Shown: positions 45,692-55,773, counted from the stretch's first letter. The stretch: DNA of 64,000 nt from Candidatus Bathyarchaeota archaeon (GCA_025059045.1 JANXEA010000010.1:53324-117323); one strand, 5' to 3'. Notes: generated by a model not told the origin, from the sequence alone. Made by a program: numbers and translations.

Positions 45692-47302
45692 TTATGGGTC
45701 AAGTATTCTCAGGACGGCTTCTTCTTCAGCCTCCTCCGCCAATGGAATTCCAGTAACCTTTGCTGCACGTTCACTTAGCGCCATTAGGTCTTTTCGATCT
45801 AATAGGTCAAGACGCCACTTTCTGGCCCCTGCCATGAGCTGCATGAGTCCGACCTTGACACGTTCGCTTAAGTAGGAATACAGGCCAACCGCTTCCCATG
45901 GAATTTCTTTAAACCTCTCTCCATACTTAGCCCTCAACTCAGGAGCTGCGGCGAAAAAGACTTCAGGTCTATTGCCAAAATTCTCAATGAAGCTCTTTGG
46001 AAGCTGCCCCTTATTCGCCAGCTCAATGAAATAGGAGCTCTTCATGACCGCTGTTAATGGAGACCTAGCCATCAAAACGCCCTTAACTAGCGGTCCATCC
46101 CCAAAGTTGCTCATCGCTATAGCCTTGAATATCTGTGTCTCATTTATGAAGCCCCCTGCCATGATAATGTCCGGCACATACATACCCTTCTTCTTTAGAA
46201 TCTGCGCGCATTTTAGAACCCATGCCTCTAGATAGACTGTGGGGATACTCATCTCATCCATCATTGGAACCGGACTCATGCCAGTCCCGCCGCCTGCACC
46301 GTCGAATGTCACCGCGTCAATTTTCGCTTCTGAAGCTATCTTCAAAGTATATGCCACAGCCGACGGCCTATAAGCTCCGGTTTTAAGAAAAACATGTTTT
46401 GCTCCATGGCTCCTTAAGTTTTCAATATCCTCAACAAAGTCCTTTGCGTTTGGGATCCCAACTCTGCTGTGACGTTCAAAGCTCCTGAATACGCCCTCCT
46501 TAAATGCAGCTTGAACATTCGGGTCTTCAGGGTCTGGGATGACGAGGTAGCCTCTCTTCTTCAGGGTTATAGCCCTCTCTAGATTGTTAATTCTGACTTC
46601 GCCGCCGATGGCTTTTGCCCCCTGCCCCCATTTCCTCTCGATAATGTTCACTTCAAGTTTCGACAAGGCATAGACATCGACGCCGAGACGCTGGTCCTCA
46701 ACATTCGTCTGGACGGCGACGTCTCCATGCTTTCCATCCCAGAACTTTCTGAATGCATCCACCCGCCGTTTAAGTTCCTTAGAATAGGTTACTTTTCCCT
46801 GAGTTATCACCGCATCGGGATCCATTCCGCAGACGTTTTCGCCGATTGTTATCCCGACACCGGAGATAGCTGCGCCTATGGCTAGACCATCCCAATTTAG
46901 CCTTGCAACTTCTGTCGATCCGAAGGCGCCGATTATTATAGGTATCTTTAGTGGGACGCCGCCGATGACAGTGTCGGTCTTCACGTTCTCGAAGAAGGCT
47001 ACGTCAGGATCAGCCTCGACCCCCTGAACCTCAAATAGGCTGGATTGAATGTTAAAGTGAGACCAGTCCAGACCGAAGTCTTTAAGGGCCCCGGATGTGC
47101 TGAACCCGTACTGTACAGGTTCTGGGTAAAGTGCTTCTCTGCCCCTGAATGTCGAAAGAGCGATTTCGCAGAGAAATGGGCAGTCTCGTATGCATAATGG
47201 GCACATTCCACTTGTGCAGCTGACATCTCTGACCCTTGTGTTGGTTCCTGTTGTCGATTTTCCATTTAGGTATGAGGAATTCCGTAATACTCTTTCAGGC
47301 AT
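45692..47302 (-). CDS. glutamate synthase-related FMN-binding protein (GltB domain-2 type) with N-terminal Cys cluster
   Basis: CTSGMCPLCIRDCPFLCE cluster and DGAGGGTGMSP FMN/TIM-barrel motif. 536 aa. Confidence 0.8.
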   Translation of the reverse strand: MPERVLRNSSYLNGKSTTGTNTRVRDVSCTSGMCPLCIRDCPFLCEIALSTFRGREALYPEPVQYGFSTSGALKDFGLDWSHFNIQSSLFEVQGVEADPDVAFFENVKTDTVIGGVPLKIPIIIGAFGSTEVARLNWDGLAIGAAISGVGITIGENVCGMDPDAVITQGKVTYSKELKRRVDAFRKFWDGKHGDVAVQTNVEDQRLGVDVYALSKLEVNIIERKWGQGAKAIGGEVRINNLERAITLKKRGYLVIPDPEDPNVQAAFKEGVFRSFERHSRVGIPNAKDFVEDIENLRSHGAKHVFLKTGAYRPSAVAYTLKIASEAKIDAVTFDGAGGGTGMSPVPMMDEMSIPTVYLEAWVLKCAQILKKKGMYVPDIIMAGGFINETQIFKAIAMSNFGDGPLVKGVLMARSPLTAVMKSSYFIELANKGQLPKSFIENFGNRPEVFFAAAPELRAKYGERFKEIPWEAVGLYSYLSERVKVGLMQLMAGARKWRLDLLDRKDLMALSERAAKVTGIPLAEEAEEEAVLRILDP

Positions 47303-47443
47303 ATGGCATCCTCCACTTCACCTAACAGACAGTCCATTTTATTCTTTTTCGACTTTCACGAAAGAGTATTGCGTATCATCAATAGGTATTTATATGTGTT
47401 CATTATGCTTTAATGCGCTGAAAGTGATTTAATCCGAAGATAT

Positions 47444-48574
47444 ATGAATCATGTAAAAATGTTGGACAGAGTGCCCATCATGGAAAAAGATCTCGGCTAC
47501 AGAAAGGTTCAATCCACGGGCAGAAAGTCCTACATAATTTCACTTCCAAAGAAGTGGGTCGAAAGTCTTGGGCTTGATAAAGGAAGCGAGATAGCATTTA
47601 AGGTTCAAGAAGATTCTTCACTGGTTTTGACGCCGAGAAAAATACTTGAAAGCAAAAGAGAAAGACGAGAAAGGAAAGAATATTGGGTGCATGTTAACCC
47701 AGACGATAATGTTGGATCATTGCGGCGCAGGATAACCTCCTTATACGTTGTGAGCGCTAACACGATCCATGTAACCTTTAAGGATGCTTCAACCGCGCTT
47801 AAATTTAGAAATGAGATACATGAAATCGTCAAAAATTTTCTTTTGGGCGCAGAAATAGTTGAGGAAACACCGCGAAGGATAACAATTCAGATACTTATCG
47901 ACCAGCTTGAATTTCCAGTTGAGAAGGCTATAAGAAGAATGGCGGTGCTCGCCTTGTCTGCAAGCAATGATGTAATTTCAAATCTGAAAGACATTAGCGA
48001 GGAGACTGCGCGAGGCATTCTTATGATATGCAATGATGTTTACAGACTGAGCTTATATGTGACTAGACAACTAAAATATGGACTCGAGAGGAATGCCTTC
48101 AAAGAATTAGGGTTCAAAACAGCTAAGGAGTTTCTCGGCTATAGATTAGTTGTGAATGATGTTAAAGCGATCTCGGATAACGCCTTAAATATTATTAATA
48201 ACCTTATGGCGATAAAGCCACTTATAGAATCCGGGACCATCTTCTCCAAGGAGCCAATAGATGAGGAGGTTTACAGTCAAATTCTTGATTATAACAATCA
48301 CATACACCGTTTATTTGAGGAGTCTTTAAAGGCGCTGTTCAAAAGGAATTATATAGAAGCGGAAAGGGTAATACGAGAAATTGACTTGGCACGGCGAATA
48401 GAAAATCAGCTTTCAGTTTTGATATCGAGTAAGAAGATGGATCCAGCTTTTTCTTCCCTCTTTAGCTTGATCCTTGACAACGTAAGGCGGATGGCGGATT
48501 ATGGTAGAAACATCGCGGAAGTGGCGTTAAACAGAACTGTGGAAGAAATATCGATCCAAGAGCCTACGAATTAG
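47444..48574 (+). CDS. AbrB/SpoVT-domain plus PhoU-like regulator
   Basis: GYRKVQSTGRKSYIISLPKKWVESLGLDKGSEIAFK (SpoVT-AbrB), followed by helical PhoU-like repeats. Confidence 0.7.
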   Translation: MNHVKMLDRVPIMEKDLGYRKVQSTGRKSYIISLPKKWVESLGLDKGSEIAFKVQEDSSLVLTPRKILESKRERRERKEYWVHVNPDDNVGSLRRRITSLYVVSANTIHVTFKDASTALKFRNEIHEIVKNFLLGAEIVEETPRRITIQILIDQLEFPVEKAIRRMAVLALSASNDVISNLKDISEETARGILMICNDVYRLSLYVTRQLKYGLERNAFKELGFKTAKEFLGYRLVVNDVKAISDNALNIINNLMAIKPLIESGTIFSKEPIDEEVYSQILDYNNHIHRLFEESLKALFKRNYIEAERVIREIDLARRIENQLSVLISSKKMDPAFSSLFSLILDNVRRMADYGRNIAEVALNRTVEEISIQEPTN

Positions 48575-48601
48575 TCATGGAAATCCCTGCATATACAAGT
48601 T

Positions 48602-48886
48602 CTATCCGCCGCTAATCAAGGTCATCAATGATATGACATCTCCGTCTTTGAGTAAAATTGGACTCTCGTTATGCAGATTTATGAGTTTCCCGTTGACCGC
48701 CACGATGAAAGTTGGATCCCAAAGGTGCTCTTTAGCATTTATAAATCTTCCAAATTTTTCTCCGTATGTTTTCGCCAGTTCATTTAGCAAATCCTTGAGC
48801 GAGGAGCCTTCCTTAAGGTAAATATCCTCCTCGCTTCTTCCAGTAGAATTTCTAACCAGGCCAAGATAGAGAAGCTTTACTTTCAT
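48602..48886 (-). CDS. MoaD/ThiS-family ubiquitin-like protein (SAMP-like) ending in Gly-Gly
   Basis: 94 aa, beta-grasp-like pattern. C-terminus ...LMTLISGG is followed directly by the stop. Confidence 0.7.
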   Translation of the reverse strand: MKVKLLYLGLVRNSTGRSEEDIYLKEGSSLKDLLNELAKTYGEKFGRFINAKEHLWDPTFIVAVNGKLINLHNESPILLKDGDVISLMTLISGG

Positions 48887-49021
48887 GCCACTTAGATCTA
48901 TGAGATGATCTGCAAATTTAAGTATTTCCTGTCTGTTTCCATAACTTCAATTGTAGTTTTTTTGCTCAACATTTATTAACCATCTTTGATGGTTTATTCT
49001 TGGATGGTGTAAGGAAGATAT

Positions 49022-50152
49022 ATGATGGCTGAAGTGGTACTGCAATTAATGCAAGGCATGGCTTCTCAGGATAACATTGGCCTATTGATTCAGGTAGCGT
49101 GGCTTGCATTCTTCGTATTTTACTTGCTATATGGGCAGAAGCTGCAGGTTAAGGTTATGTTGAAGGAGGTTGAAAGTTCACTTTATAGGCTAAAGGCTAT
49201 GAGAGACCAGGGAAGAAGCATAGCGATTTCAACTATTAAGGAGGTCGGTAACCTCTCTGAGGACCCCTCAGCACGTGTTGATCGAATCCTTGATCACGTT
49301 TACATTCCGCCAGTTGATCTGGATCCTAGCGGAATAATTCGAAGGCTTGAGCATATAATTGACGTACGGGACTTCAGATTCAAAGATGAAGTGAGACATA
49401 TGGTTCCCAATGCGGATGAGACTCAGATAAACAATTTGACGAATATGCTTGAAGCCGCTTTGGCCCTCAATGAAATCTACAAGTACGTTAGGCATTTCTA
49501 TCTTTTAGGTAAGAAGACATCAAGTTTCTACATTGTATTACAGTTGCAGATGATATTGCCACAGATAATGAAGGAATGCGAGGCCTTTGCCAGTGCGCTG
49601 AGAGCCTTCACACTGGGTCAACCAATCGGCGATGGGATTGGCGCACTGGTCTCGGCGAAACTAATGTATGGGAGGGCAAGCCGGGAGATAGCTGAGGACA
49701 TTGTAGTGTCAGAGGTTCCCATCGAGGGGAGAGTGGCCTATGTCCTCAAGGCTAAGGGACCTGGCGGAAATGTTGGAAAGCCAGGGGAGGCTGTAAAGCA
49801 GATACTTGAGGAGAGGGAAGGTCGTGTTGCTCTGATAATCCTAGTCGACGCTGCACAGAAGCTTGAAGGCGAAAAACCTGGTGAAATTGTAGAGGGGACA
49901 GGGGTCGCGATTGGGGGTCCAGGGGTTGACAAATATAAGGTTGAGGAAGCCGCGACGAAATATAAAGTGCCTGTTCACGCCATTTTAGTTAAAGAAGGAA
50001 TAGGCGACGTCGTCTCTACGATGAGAAAGGAGATATCGAATAGTGCTGATGAGGTCATTAAAAGAATCCATAGAATAGTGCTTGAGAACACGAAGCCTGG
50101 CGATTGCTTAATAATCGCCGGTATTGGAAATACTATGGGCATTGCGCAGTAG
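49022..50152 (+). CDS. conserved archaeal membrane-anchored protein, possibly DUF1512 family
   Basis: 376 aa with N-terminal TM LLIQVAWLAFFVFYLLY and Gly-rich KAKGPGGNVGKPGE / AIGGPGVDK segments. The family name is from memory only. Confidence 0.5.
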   Translation: MMAEVVLQLMQGMASQDNIGLLIQVAWLAFFVFYLLYGQKLQVKVMLKEVESSLYRLKAMRDQGRSIAISTIKEVGNLSEDPSARVDRILDHVYIPPVDLDPSGIIRRLEHIIDVRDFRFKDEVRHMVPNADETQINNLTNMLEAALALNEIYKYVRHFYLLGKKTSSFYIVLQLQMILPQIMKECEAFASALRAFTLGQPIGDGIGALVSAKLMYGRASREIAEDIVVSEVPIEGRVAYVLKAKGPGGNVGKPGEAVKQILEEREGRVALIILVDAAQKLEGEKPGEIVEGTGVAIGGPGVDKYKVEEAATKYKVPVHAILVKEGIGDVVSTMRKEISNSADEVIKRIHRIVLENTKPGDCLIIAGIGNTMGIAQ

Positions 50153-50161
50153 TGATGAATT

Positions 50162-50554
50162 ATGAATGAGAAATCGTCTTCCGTTGAAAAAGTATCAGCG
50201 TTTTTTATAGCAATCATAGCCGTATTGCTGGCACTATCCATATTTTCCCTCTTCCAAGCATTCGAGATCTATAGGCGTACAGGCTTACCGGACTTTCTAG
50301 CAATATTTCTCAGCATCAGCGCGATTATATTATCATTTTATATGGTCTTTCAGTTGAAAAGTAGGCCTATAAAACTCGGCTTTGAAATTCCGAAAGTTTT
50401 CACCAATATTCAATGCAGAAGCTGCGAGTTCCGTCAAGTCAGAGAGTTCCAGAAGGGAGATTACATTTTTAGGCAGATGGATCCCTGCCCAAAATGCAAC
50501 AGCCCGACATATGTTTCCTCGATCTTCAGAGAGCCTGAGGAGAAAGAGGAGTAA
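50162..50554 (+). CDS. membrane protein with C-terminal zinc ribbon (130 aa)
   Basis: Two TM segments, then CRSCEF...CPKCNS. Starts 10 nt after the preceding gene. Confidence 0.5.
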   Translation: MNEKSSSVEKVSAFFIAIIAVLLALSIFSLFQAFEIYRRTGLPDFLAIFLSISAIILSFYMVFQLKSRPIKLGFEIPKVFTNIQCRSCEFRQVREFQKGDYIFRQMDPCPKCNSPTYVSSIFREPEEKEE

Positions 50555-50564
50555 ACAGATTATG

Positions 50565-51464
50565 CTAAGTTAATACTGTTACACCTCTGCTTCCAACATA
50601 TACTGTATGCTCTACCTGCGCAACCGTGCATCCGCTAGCCTCTACGAAGACGGGATATCCCATAAGACACTTTGAACCCAAAAGTTCCGAGAACGCTGAC
50701 CTATACTTATCCTCAGTCAAATATTCTTTCAGCCATCTCTGCGCGAATGGTAAAGTGTGGAACTCGTTCTCAATATGTTTAAGAAGGGTTCTTGATTCCG
50801 AAGATTTCAAAGGTCTCCGCTTGGTAAATCTGAATATATGCATTTCAGGCCCATTCTTCACTCTCCCAGCTGCATTCCTGACTGTTACGAAAGGCTCTAT
50901 TGCATAGATTTCTCCCTCAAGAATCCTGCTTGGAAAAGAATGGGATATGTTTGGCAAAGATTTACCAGCATGGATTGTGTATCGGCTGATAAGGTGGCCA
51001 GTCAAATTTGAGATTGGTTTGAAACCGTAGCTCTCGATGACCCCTTGTATCTCCGATCCGACCTTTGATGTTGAGATCCCAGGTCTCATAATCCTGATCG
51101 CCGCCTCCAATGCTTTTTCAGCGGCATGAACCATACCTTCATAATCGGTATTAAAACAGACGGTTGTCGCAGTATCCGCAATATAGCCGTCAATATGTAC
51201 GCCGATGTCGATTTTGACAATAGACCCTTCAGGAATCCTTTTCTCATCACCTATTGGGGAAGTATAATGTGCAGCGACATCATTAACTGAAATATTGCAT
51301 GGAAAAGCCGGCTTGCCGCCAAGGTCTCTGATCATCCCCTCAATCTTTTCACATATCTCGATGAGAGGTTTATCTTCTTCAACCACACTTTTCACCTGTT
51401 CTCTAACCTTGGACGCGATTTCTCCGGCTTTGTAATACTGTTCAACCGCGTCACTTGAGATCAT
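50565..51464 (-). CDS. map: type 2 methionine aminopeptidase
   Basis: Pita-bread fold motifs (AFPCNISVNDVAAHYTP-like, DIGVHIDGYIAD, HLISRYTIH) with the archaeal-type insertion. The ATG at 51464 is preferred over the ORF opening at 51500. Confidence 0.9.
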   Translation of the reverse strand: MISSDAVEQYYKAGEIASKVREQVKSVVEEDKPLIEICEKIEGMIRDLGGKPAFPCNISVNDVAAHYTSPIGDEKRIPEGSIVKIDIGVHIDGYIADTATTVCFNTDYEGMVHAAEKALEAAIRIMRPGISTSKVGSEIQGVIESYGFKPISNLTGHLISRYTIHAGKSLPNISHSFPSRILEGEIYAIEPFVTVRNAAGRVKNGPEMHIFRFTKRRPLKSSESRTLLKHIENEFHTLPFAQRWLKEYLTEDKYRSAFSELLGSKCLMGYPVFVEASGCTVAQVEHTVYVGSRGVTVLT

Positions 51465-51681
51465 ATCATCGCTCCCTCTATGACTGTGAGACGGGCACAT
51501 GTTTACTTTATCTTCTTATACTACAAACATCAGACCTACTGATTATTCATTATCTAAAGAAGATATTAAGGTAACATCTTATGAACACATAATTAAAGTT
51601 CATAAGCGATTTAATGGAGCAATTTTTGAAGAAGATATGAGGGCGAGGTGATTTTATCGAAATTGAAGGGAAGACAGACTG

Positions 51682-52155
51682 ATGAAGAGCAGACCGAGAA
51701 TATTGATAATCGATGATGACGAAAACATAAGAAAGGTCCTATCTATGATCCTAGAAGACAAAGGGTACATAGTGGACGTCGCAGAGGATGGGGAAGAGGC
51801 GATAAAAAAATCTCAAAAGAACTTCTATAACCTGGCATTAATAGACATAAAGCTGCCGGACATGGAAGGAACCGATCTTCTGACAAGAATGAAGGAGACG
51901 ACGCCGAAGATGATAAAAATCATACTGACCGGCTACCCTACATTGAAGAATGCAATAGACGCTGTGAACAAGGGTGCTGACGGCTATTTAGTAAAGCCTA
52001 TCGATGTAGACGCCTTATGTCACGTGATTGCGGAGCATCTGAAGAGGCAGGAGGAGGAAAACAGGTTCAGCGAGGAGAAGGTTGCGGAATTTATAGAGAC
52101 GAGGGCCAGAGAGATGAAGAGTAAATCCAAGCCTAGGAAGAAGCCGGAGAAATGA
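51682..52155 (+). CDS. stand-alone CheY-like response regulator
   Basis: ILIIDDDE ... LALIDIKLPDMEG ... YLVKP receiver motifs and a Lys-rich tail. Confidence 0.9.
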   Translation: MKSRPRILIIDDDENIRKVLSMILEDKGYIVDVAEDGEEAIKKSQKNFYNLALIDIKLPDMEGTDLLTRMKETTPKMIKIILTGYPTLKNAIDAVNKGADGYLVKPIDVDALCHVIAEHLKRQEEENRFSEEKVAEFIETRAREMKSKSKPRKKPEK

Positions 52156-52161
52156 GGCCCC

Positions 52162-52506
52162 ATGAAAACTATCGCCAGTAGCAGAATTCAAGCTGGGGAA
52201 GAGCTGGTGCTGAAAGTAGTGGAAGAGGTTTTGATTAATGTTCTTGGGGAGAAGGCGTTTACGCGGCTTGTAAAAGCGTTGAGAAGGAACTTCTCACTTG
52301 AGTGGCATGAAATTCCAAGTAAGAGCGACTTGTTCTCCTTTGCACTTAAGGAGATGCTGGGCATAGGCTCAACAATTATTGAGGATCTGATAATAGAGAA
52401 TTTGTATCTCAAGCTGGGACAAGAGATAAGGTGGAGAAAAGACTACAAATTCTCAGACTATATAAAAGAGATTCTATCGGCCGCAGACGGGGATAAACGT
52501 GCATGA
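52162..52506 (+). CDS. small helical protein between receiver and kinase (114 aa), unknown function
   Basis: ATG 7 nt after the receiver stop. No motif recognised. Confidence 0.5.
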   Translation: MKTIASSRIQAGEELVLKVVEEVLINVLGEKAFTRLVKALRRNFSLEWHEIPSKSDLFSFALKEMLGIGSTIIEDLIIENLYLKLGQEIRWRKDYKFSDYIKEILSAADGDKRA

Positions 52507-52514
52507 CTTATGGT

Positions 52515-52536
52515 CATAGGCTACGAGTAGCCTATG
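52515..52536. repeat. near-perfect 22-bp palindrome
   Basis: CATAGGCTAC-GA-GTAGCCTATG, 9 nt after the stop of the small gene and 60 nt before the kinase start. Confidence 0.7.
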
Positions 52537-52596
52537 GGGGACGCTTGGAGCCCACATGCAAAACAGAAGGCCTATTGATTAAATGGGGGACCTGTA

Positions 52597-54735
52597 ATGC
52601 TACTTTACGCAGCCATGTTACTCACGCTCAGCATTATCGCAATAATGTTTGTGATCCGTAATCTAATATCAAAAAATACGAGCAGTATTATCGGTTCTAT
52701 AGTCATCTCAGCAATTCTAATATGGTCGCTTGGACTGACCCTTGAGATAAGTAGCTCCGACTTCTCCACTAAACTGTTATGGAATAAGATTCAATTTATC
52801 GGGATTGACCTCCTTCCATCAACATGGCTCATTTATGTTCTTTATCTTCTAGGATATGGGAGGTGGTTAACCAGAAGATTGGTTTGCCTTCTAAGCATCG
52901 CTCCAGCTGTGAAACTGCTGCTTGTTTTCACTAATGAGATGCATGGCCTAATTTATGAACAGGTAAGCCTAAACCCTTATGACCCGAGACTACCGTTAAC
53001 CGTCCATTATGGTCTTGGTTTTTGGGTCTTCTTCATTTACATTTACGCTCTTCTTTTGTATTCATCGGTTTTCTCTCTAGCCACCTTATTTCGCGCATAT
53101 ACTCTATATAAATCTCAAGCGGCGGCTCTTTTACTAATCACGGTTGTCCCATGGGTTAGCAGCGCGTTCGTCTACCTGAGACTTCGCGTCTTTCCAATGG
53201 ATTTTACACCGGCCATATGTCTTGTTGCTTCGATACTACTATCCTTAGTTAATCCATCCCGGCTGCGTCTCAAGGATGTTATCCCAGTCGCCCATAAAGT
53301 CGTTCTGAACAGCATAAGTGATGGAATAATCGTGATGGACGAGCATAACAATATTCTTGAGCTTAATAAGGCCGCGGAGGCGATGACTGGTTTATCGAAT
53401 AAGGATGCGCGGGGAAGAGCTGCCTCTGAGATTCTGAGTTTTATCCCGAACCCTTCATCAAGTGAGTTGTGCAATGATAGCGGCCGGGAGGTTTCGCTGG
53501 GAGGGAAGACGTATAGCCTACACTTTTCAACTGTCTCTGACTGGTCTGGAAATCCCAGATGCAGAATCCTCGTTCTGCATGACGTGACAAGAATGAAACT
53601 CATGGAGGAAGAACTGAAGAAGTACACGGAGCATCTGGAAAGCTTAGTGAAAGAGAAGACAAAGAAACTTCAGGAGAGCCAATCCTGGCTGACGAATGTG
53701 TTCACCGCGTCTCCCGACGCGATATTAGTTGCCGACATTAAAGGAAACATTGTTGAATGTAATCATGCGACATTAACGATGTTTAAATTCCCTTCTAGAA
53801 ATGATGCGATTGGGAAGAATGGTCTTAATTTTGTTGCTAAAAAAGATCATAGGAAACTCTCGGAGATCTCAAAAGTGCTACTGAAAGAGGGTCTTGTGAG
53901 GAATATTGAGATCACCCTTCTGACCGCGGATGGCAAAGAATTTGCAGGGGAAGTTTCTCTGAGCCTAATTAGGGACTTAGAAAACAATCCAGCCTACATA
54001 ATCGCAATGGCTAGAGACATAACTGACCGCAAGGAGATGCAGAAGAAGCTACTTAGGTCGGAACGGCTTGCCGCAATAGGCGAGTTAGCTGGAATGGTGG
54101 GTCATGATCTTAGGAACCCGTTGACCAGCATACTCGGCGCATCCTATTATTTGAAGATGAAGTATAACTCCATTCTAGACGAGAAGAGCCGCTATATGCT
54201 GAAAATAATAGAGGATGACGTTAGGTATGCGAACAAGATTGTCGATGATCTTCTCGACTACTCCAGCGAGATACGTCTAAATCTTAAAGTGGTCAATTTA
54301 GCCTCGCTTATATCCGAATCATTAAGGATTCTGGAAATACCGAATAATATTGAAGTTGTGAAGCTAGTGGATGAGGGGGTGAAGCTTGAGGTAGACATTG
54401 AAAAGATGAAGAGGGTATTCGTCAACATAATAAGGAATGCCGTTGAGGCTATGCCTGTCGGTGGGAAGCTCACCATACAAGCAGTCAAATTTGACGATAG
54501 GGTGGAAGTCACGTTTACGGACACGGGGATCGGTATACCTAAAGAGATGCTTCCAAATCTCGGGAAACCATTGTTCACGACGAAGCCAAGAGGCATGGGC
54601 TTCGGACTTGCGGTATCAAAACGTTTTGTTGAGGCGCACAATGGAACGATTAGCTGGGAAAGTACTTATGGGAAGGGAACAACAGTAAGGATAATCTTGC
54701 CATTAAGCAGACAGGAAACTGATCATAGCGGATAA
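52597..54735 (+). CDS. sensor histidine kinase with N-terminal 7TM (HisKA_7TM-like) domain, two PAS domains, HisKA and HATPase
   Basis: Seven hydrophobic segments with a TNEMHGLIY motif, and PAS cores (VLHDVTRMK, MARDITDRK). H-box GHDLRNPL, N-box IIRNAVEAM, DTGIGI, GFGLAV. Confidence 0.9.
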   Translation: MLLYAAMLLTLSIIAIMFVIRNLISKNTSSIIGSIVISAILIWSLGLTLEISSSDFSTKLLWNKIQFIGIDLLPSTWLIYVLYLLGYGRWLTRRLVCLLSIAPAVKLLLVFTNEMHGLIYEQVSLNPYDPRLPLTVHYGLGFWVFFIYIYALLLYSSVFSLATLFRAYTLYKSQAAALLLITVVPWVSSAFVYLRLRVFPMDFTPAICLVASILLSLVNPSRLRLKDVIPVAHKVVLNSISDGIIVMDEHNNILELNKAAEAMTGLSNKDARGRAASEILSFIPNPSSSELCNDSGREVSLGGKTYSLHFSTVSDWSGNPRCRILVLHDVTRMKLMEEELKKYTEHLESLVKEKTKKLQESQSWLTNVFTASPDAILVADIKGNIVECNHATLTMFKFPSRNDAIGKNGLNFVAKKDHRKLSEISKVLLKEGLVRNIEITLLTADGKEFAGEVSLSLIRDLENNPAYIIAMARDITDRKEMQKKLLRSERLAAIGELAGMVGHDLRNPLTSILGASYYLKMKYNSILDEKSRYMLKIIEDDVRYANKIVDDLLDYSSEIRLNLKVVNLASLISESLRILEIPNNIEVVKLVDEGVKLEVDIEKMKRVFVNIIRNAVEAMPVGGKLTIQAVKFDDRVEVTFTDTGIGIPKEMLPNLGKPLFTTKPRGMGFGLAVSKRFVEAHNGTISWESTYGKGTTVRIILPLSRQETDHSG

Positions 54736-54798
54736 TTGTTAAAATACTTCTTGAATAACCTTTGTTATTTAATTCTTGAGCCATTAATGGTGAGGATA

Positions 54799-55764
54799 AT
54801 GGTGAAAAAGATCGGTCTAGTAACTGCTGGTGGGGACGCTCCTGGAATGAATGCTGCCATTCGCTCGGTCGTCCGCTCCGCGATCTACATGGGATTGGAG
54901 GTGATAGGGTTCGAAAGAGGGTATGCAGGCCTCATACATAAACAGTGGCGGCCTATGACCATGAGGTCCGTCAGCGGGATAATCAATCTGGGAGGAACGA
55001 TACTTAGGACTGTAAGATGCGCGGAGATGGAGACTAGGGAGGGTATAGAGAGGGCTGCTGAAAACCTTAAAGATCTAAATGTGGATGGGCTCGTGGCCAT
55101 CGGTGGCGATGGAACCTTCAGAGGTGCGGTTGAACTCCAAAGGGTAAGCGGGGTATCCGTGATTGGGATTCCGGCGACAATCGATAATGATGTTGCTGGA
55201 ACGGATAGTACGATAGGTTTTGACACCGCGGTCAATACGGCTGTCTCCGCGATAGATAAGATTAGGGACACCGCGACTTCACATGAGAGAATATTTGTGG
55301 TCGAGGTTATGGGGCGAAGGAGGGGTTTCCTCGCGTTAGAAGTTGGGTTAGCCGGGGGAGCGGAATTAATTCTCATACCAGAAGTGAAATTTGACCTAGA
55401 TGAAATATGTGAGAGGCTGAGGATGGGGCTGCATGAGGGGAAGACCTCGCAGATCATCGTTGCGGCTGAGGGGGTTGGCTCCACCTCTGAGATTGCGAAC
55501 TACATAGCGAAAGAGACACAATATCAGGTTCGCTTGACTGTTCTTGGTTATGTGCAGAGGGGTGGAAGTCCCTCGGCGGTTAGCAGGATACTGGCCTGCG
55601 AGTTTGGTCATCTGGCAGTTCAGCTGCTCCTTAATGGGGAGAAGGAGAGGCTTGTCCGAATTAAGGATGGGAAGATAGGGTCTATGAGCCTCTATGAGTC
55701 TACTAGGCAGGTTAAGGAGATCGACCTAGAAAAATACAGGTTGGCTCACATACTGTCATTGTGA
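54799..55764 (+). CDS. pfkA: 6-phosphofructokinase, PfkA family (ATP-type signature residues)
   Basis: KIGLVTAGGDAPGMNAAIR, GGDGT, IPATIDNDV, MGRR. The ORF opens at 54736, but the ATG at 54799 (or 54787) fits the family N-terminus. Confidence 0.9.
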   Translation: MVKKIGLVTAGGDAPGMNAAIRSVVRSAIYMGLEVIGFERGYAGLIHKQWRPMTMRSVSGIINLGGTILRTVRCAEMETREGIERAAENLKDLNVDGLVAIGGDGTFRGAVELQRVSGVSVIGIPATIDNDVAGTDSTIGFDTAVNTAVSAIDKIRDTATSHERIFVVEVMGRRRGFLALEVGLAGGAELILIPEVKFDLDEICERLRMGLHEGKTSQIIVAAEGVGSTSEIANYIAKETQYQVRLTVLGYVQRGGSPSAVSRILACEFGHLAVQLLLNGEKERLVRIKDGKIGSMSLYESTRQVKEIDLEKYRLAHILSL

Positions 55765-55773
55765 GCTGGATTG

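Noticed and set aside
54736-54798. N-terminal extension of the pfk ORF, starting directly after the kinase stop.
   Set aside because: The extension (MLKYFLNNLCYLILEPLMVRI) has no counterpart in PfkA proteins. The family N-terminus begins at the ATG at 54799.
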